Shown here one piece after another: positions 35,881 through 36,862 of a stretch of DNA of 36,862 nucleotides. This DNA is from a virus (Duplodnaviria; Caudoviricetes): the IMG/VR virus record IMGVR_UViG_3300037991_002155, positions 1 to 36,862 of that record; one strand, given 5' to 3'. The position numbers and the translations under genes were made by a program. Positions within the stretch are counted from its first letter, which is position 1. Every line of letters begins with the position of its first letter. The notes under the pieces were generated by a model, which made no database searches, had not been told where the DNA came from, and saw only the letters and a program-made list of their open reading frames with translations.

Positions 35881-36792
35881 TTAAAGTTGTCCTACCATCC
35901 ATGAAATTATTACTTTAGGGGTCATGGTAGTAGAACGATATTCTGCTTCCCCTATTATCCTAAGAAGTTTAAACTTCTCTTTGGACTCTAAACCTTGTGC
36001 CTCTAGTACAGAGTTATGTAGTGCTAAACAAATCTCCTTCACACTTCTTCCTCCATACAATATGTCATGTAATTTATCTAATGTTTCATTAGGTTTTTTA
36101 TCGATTATTAATTTTAGTATTCCATCAAATTCTTTAAATGAATTTTGCACTTGTTTTCTTAGTGTAAAGTTTGAGGCATTGGCAGCCTGTATTTCTGTAA
36201 TTGCCCTGCGTAAATCTCCATCTAATTGATATATAAAGCGAGCCAATTCGGTTTCGTCGAATCCACTTACGCCCTCTTTATCAAGAATCTTAGTAATTAC
36301 TTCAAGCACTATTTCATTTTTCAATGGATTGAATCTGTAATTTGCACACCTGCTTTGCAGTGGAAAGATAATCCTAGACTTATCATTACAAGTAATAATG
36401 AATCTAATATTATTTGCATATCTTTCCATTATTCTTTTCAAAGCATTTTGAGCATCACTAGTCATACCATCCATTTCATCTAATAACATTATTCTAAATG
36501 GTGCATCACCAATAGTTCCGCTTTGCGCTACTTGTTTAATTGTAGTCCTAACAGTTTCTAATCTTCTATCGTCACTAGCATTTACTTCAAAGAAGTTATC
36601 CTTGAATAAGTCTCCTAACATAGACTTAGCAAGTGCTATTGCCGCACCTGTCTTACCTGTCCCTTGCATTCCATAAGCAAGAACATTAGGCATATTCTTT
36701 TCTAATACCCATTGTTCGGCATCTAATACAAAATGCTCTTGTCCTACAATATCACTTAATTTACTTGGTCTGTATTTTTCTGTCCATAACAT
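35881..36792 (-). CDS. rfcS: Replication factor C small subunit (clamp loader)
   Basis: WTEKYRP, GTGKT, EVNASDDR, LLDEMD.MT.DAQNAL.R.ME, LQSRC, GDLRRAI. Confidence 0.95.
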   Translation of the reverse strand: MLWTEKYRPSKLSDIVGQEHFVLDAEQWVLEKNMPNVLAYGMQGTGKTGAAIALAKSMLGDLFKDNFFEVNASDDRRLETVRTTIKQVAQSGTIGDAPFRIMLLDEMDGMTSDAQNALKRIMERYANNIRFIITCNDKSRIIFPLQSRCANYRFNPLKNEIVLEVITKILDKEGVSGFDETELARFIYQLDGDLRRAITEIQAANASNFTLRKQVQNSFKEFDGILKLIIDKKPNETLDKLHDILYGGRSVKEICLALHNSVLEAQGLESKEKFKLLRIIGEAEYRSTTMTPKVIISWMVGQL

Positions 36793-36862
36793 TACAAATC
36801 CCCCAACTTAGATTCTATTTCTATAACTAAATTGTGCATAATACTACTTAACCAACCATGAG
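36792..36862 (-). CDS. 3' end of an upstream gene (partial, ...HGWLSSIMHNLVIEIESKLGDL*)
   Basis: Open to the window edge; TAA overlaps the rfcS ATG (TAATG). Confidence 0.5.
   Translation of the reverse strand, partial: HGWLSSIMHNLVIEIESKLGDL

Noticed and set aside
22894-36483. Plus-strand ORFs within the replication module
   Set aside because: Antisense shadows of well-supported minus-strand genes.
1-36862. tRNA, rRNA, integrase, capsid, portal or terminase genes
   Set aside because: None recognisable; head and packaging genes presumably lie outside the window.

Overview
A ~37 kb, AT-rich fragment of a tailed (Caudoviricetes-type) archaeal virus genome. It is most consistent with a marine euryarchaeal virus such as a magrovirus of Marine Group II/Poseidoniales; this host call is inferred from the archaeal-type replisome and GGTGA/GGAGG ribosome-binding sites. 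Two gene blocks converge at a terminator near 21.9 kb. The + strand block (1-21.9 kb) is a neck/tail morphogenesis module: adaptor, tail terminator, tail tube, chaperone pair with a -1 slippery site, tape measure, hub/Dit-like, LamG protein, 2764-aa tail tip protein, fibres and a SAM-dependent methyltransferase. The - strand block (21.9-36.9 kb) is an archaeal-type replication/recombination module: RFC small subunit, OB-fold SSB/RPA, AAA_24/Sak4-like ATPase, PCNA-like clamp, family B DNA polymerase, Cas4-like nuclease, PriS-PriL fused primase, ERCC4 nuclease, MCM-like helicase and DEDD exonuclease. Most notable: PolB is cleanly split just before motif C into two genes separated by eight tiny ORFs, and has non-canonical residues in all three polymerase motifs (DFAGLYPS, KRLMASFYG, YGHTDS). 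There is also an unannotated TFIIS/TFS-like zinc ribbon lacking the catalytic acidic pair, structured spacers after the tail tube and SSB genes, and apparent avoidance of GATC and AGCT. All calls come from reading motifs by eye; no searches were run.
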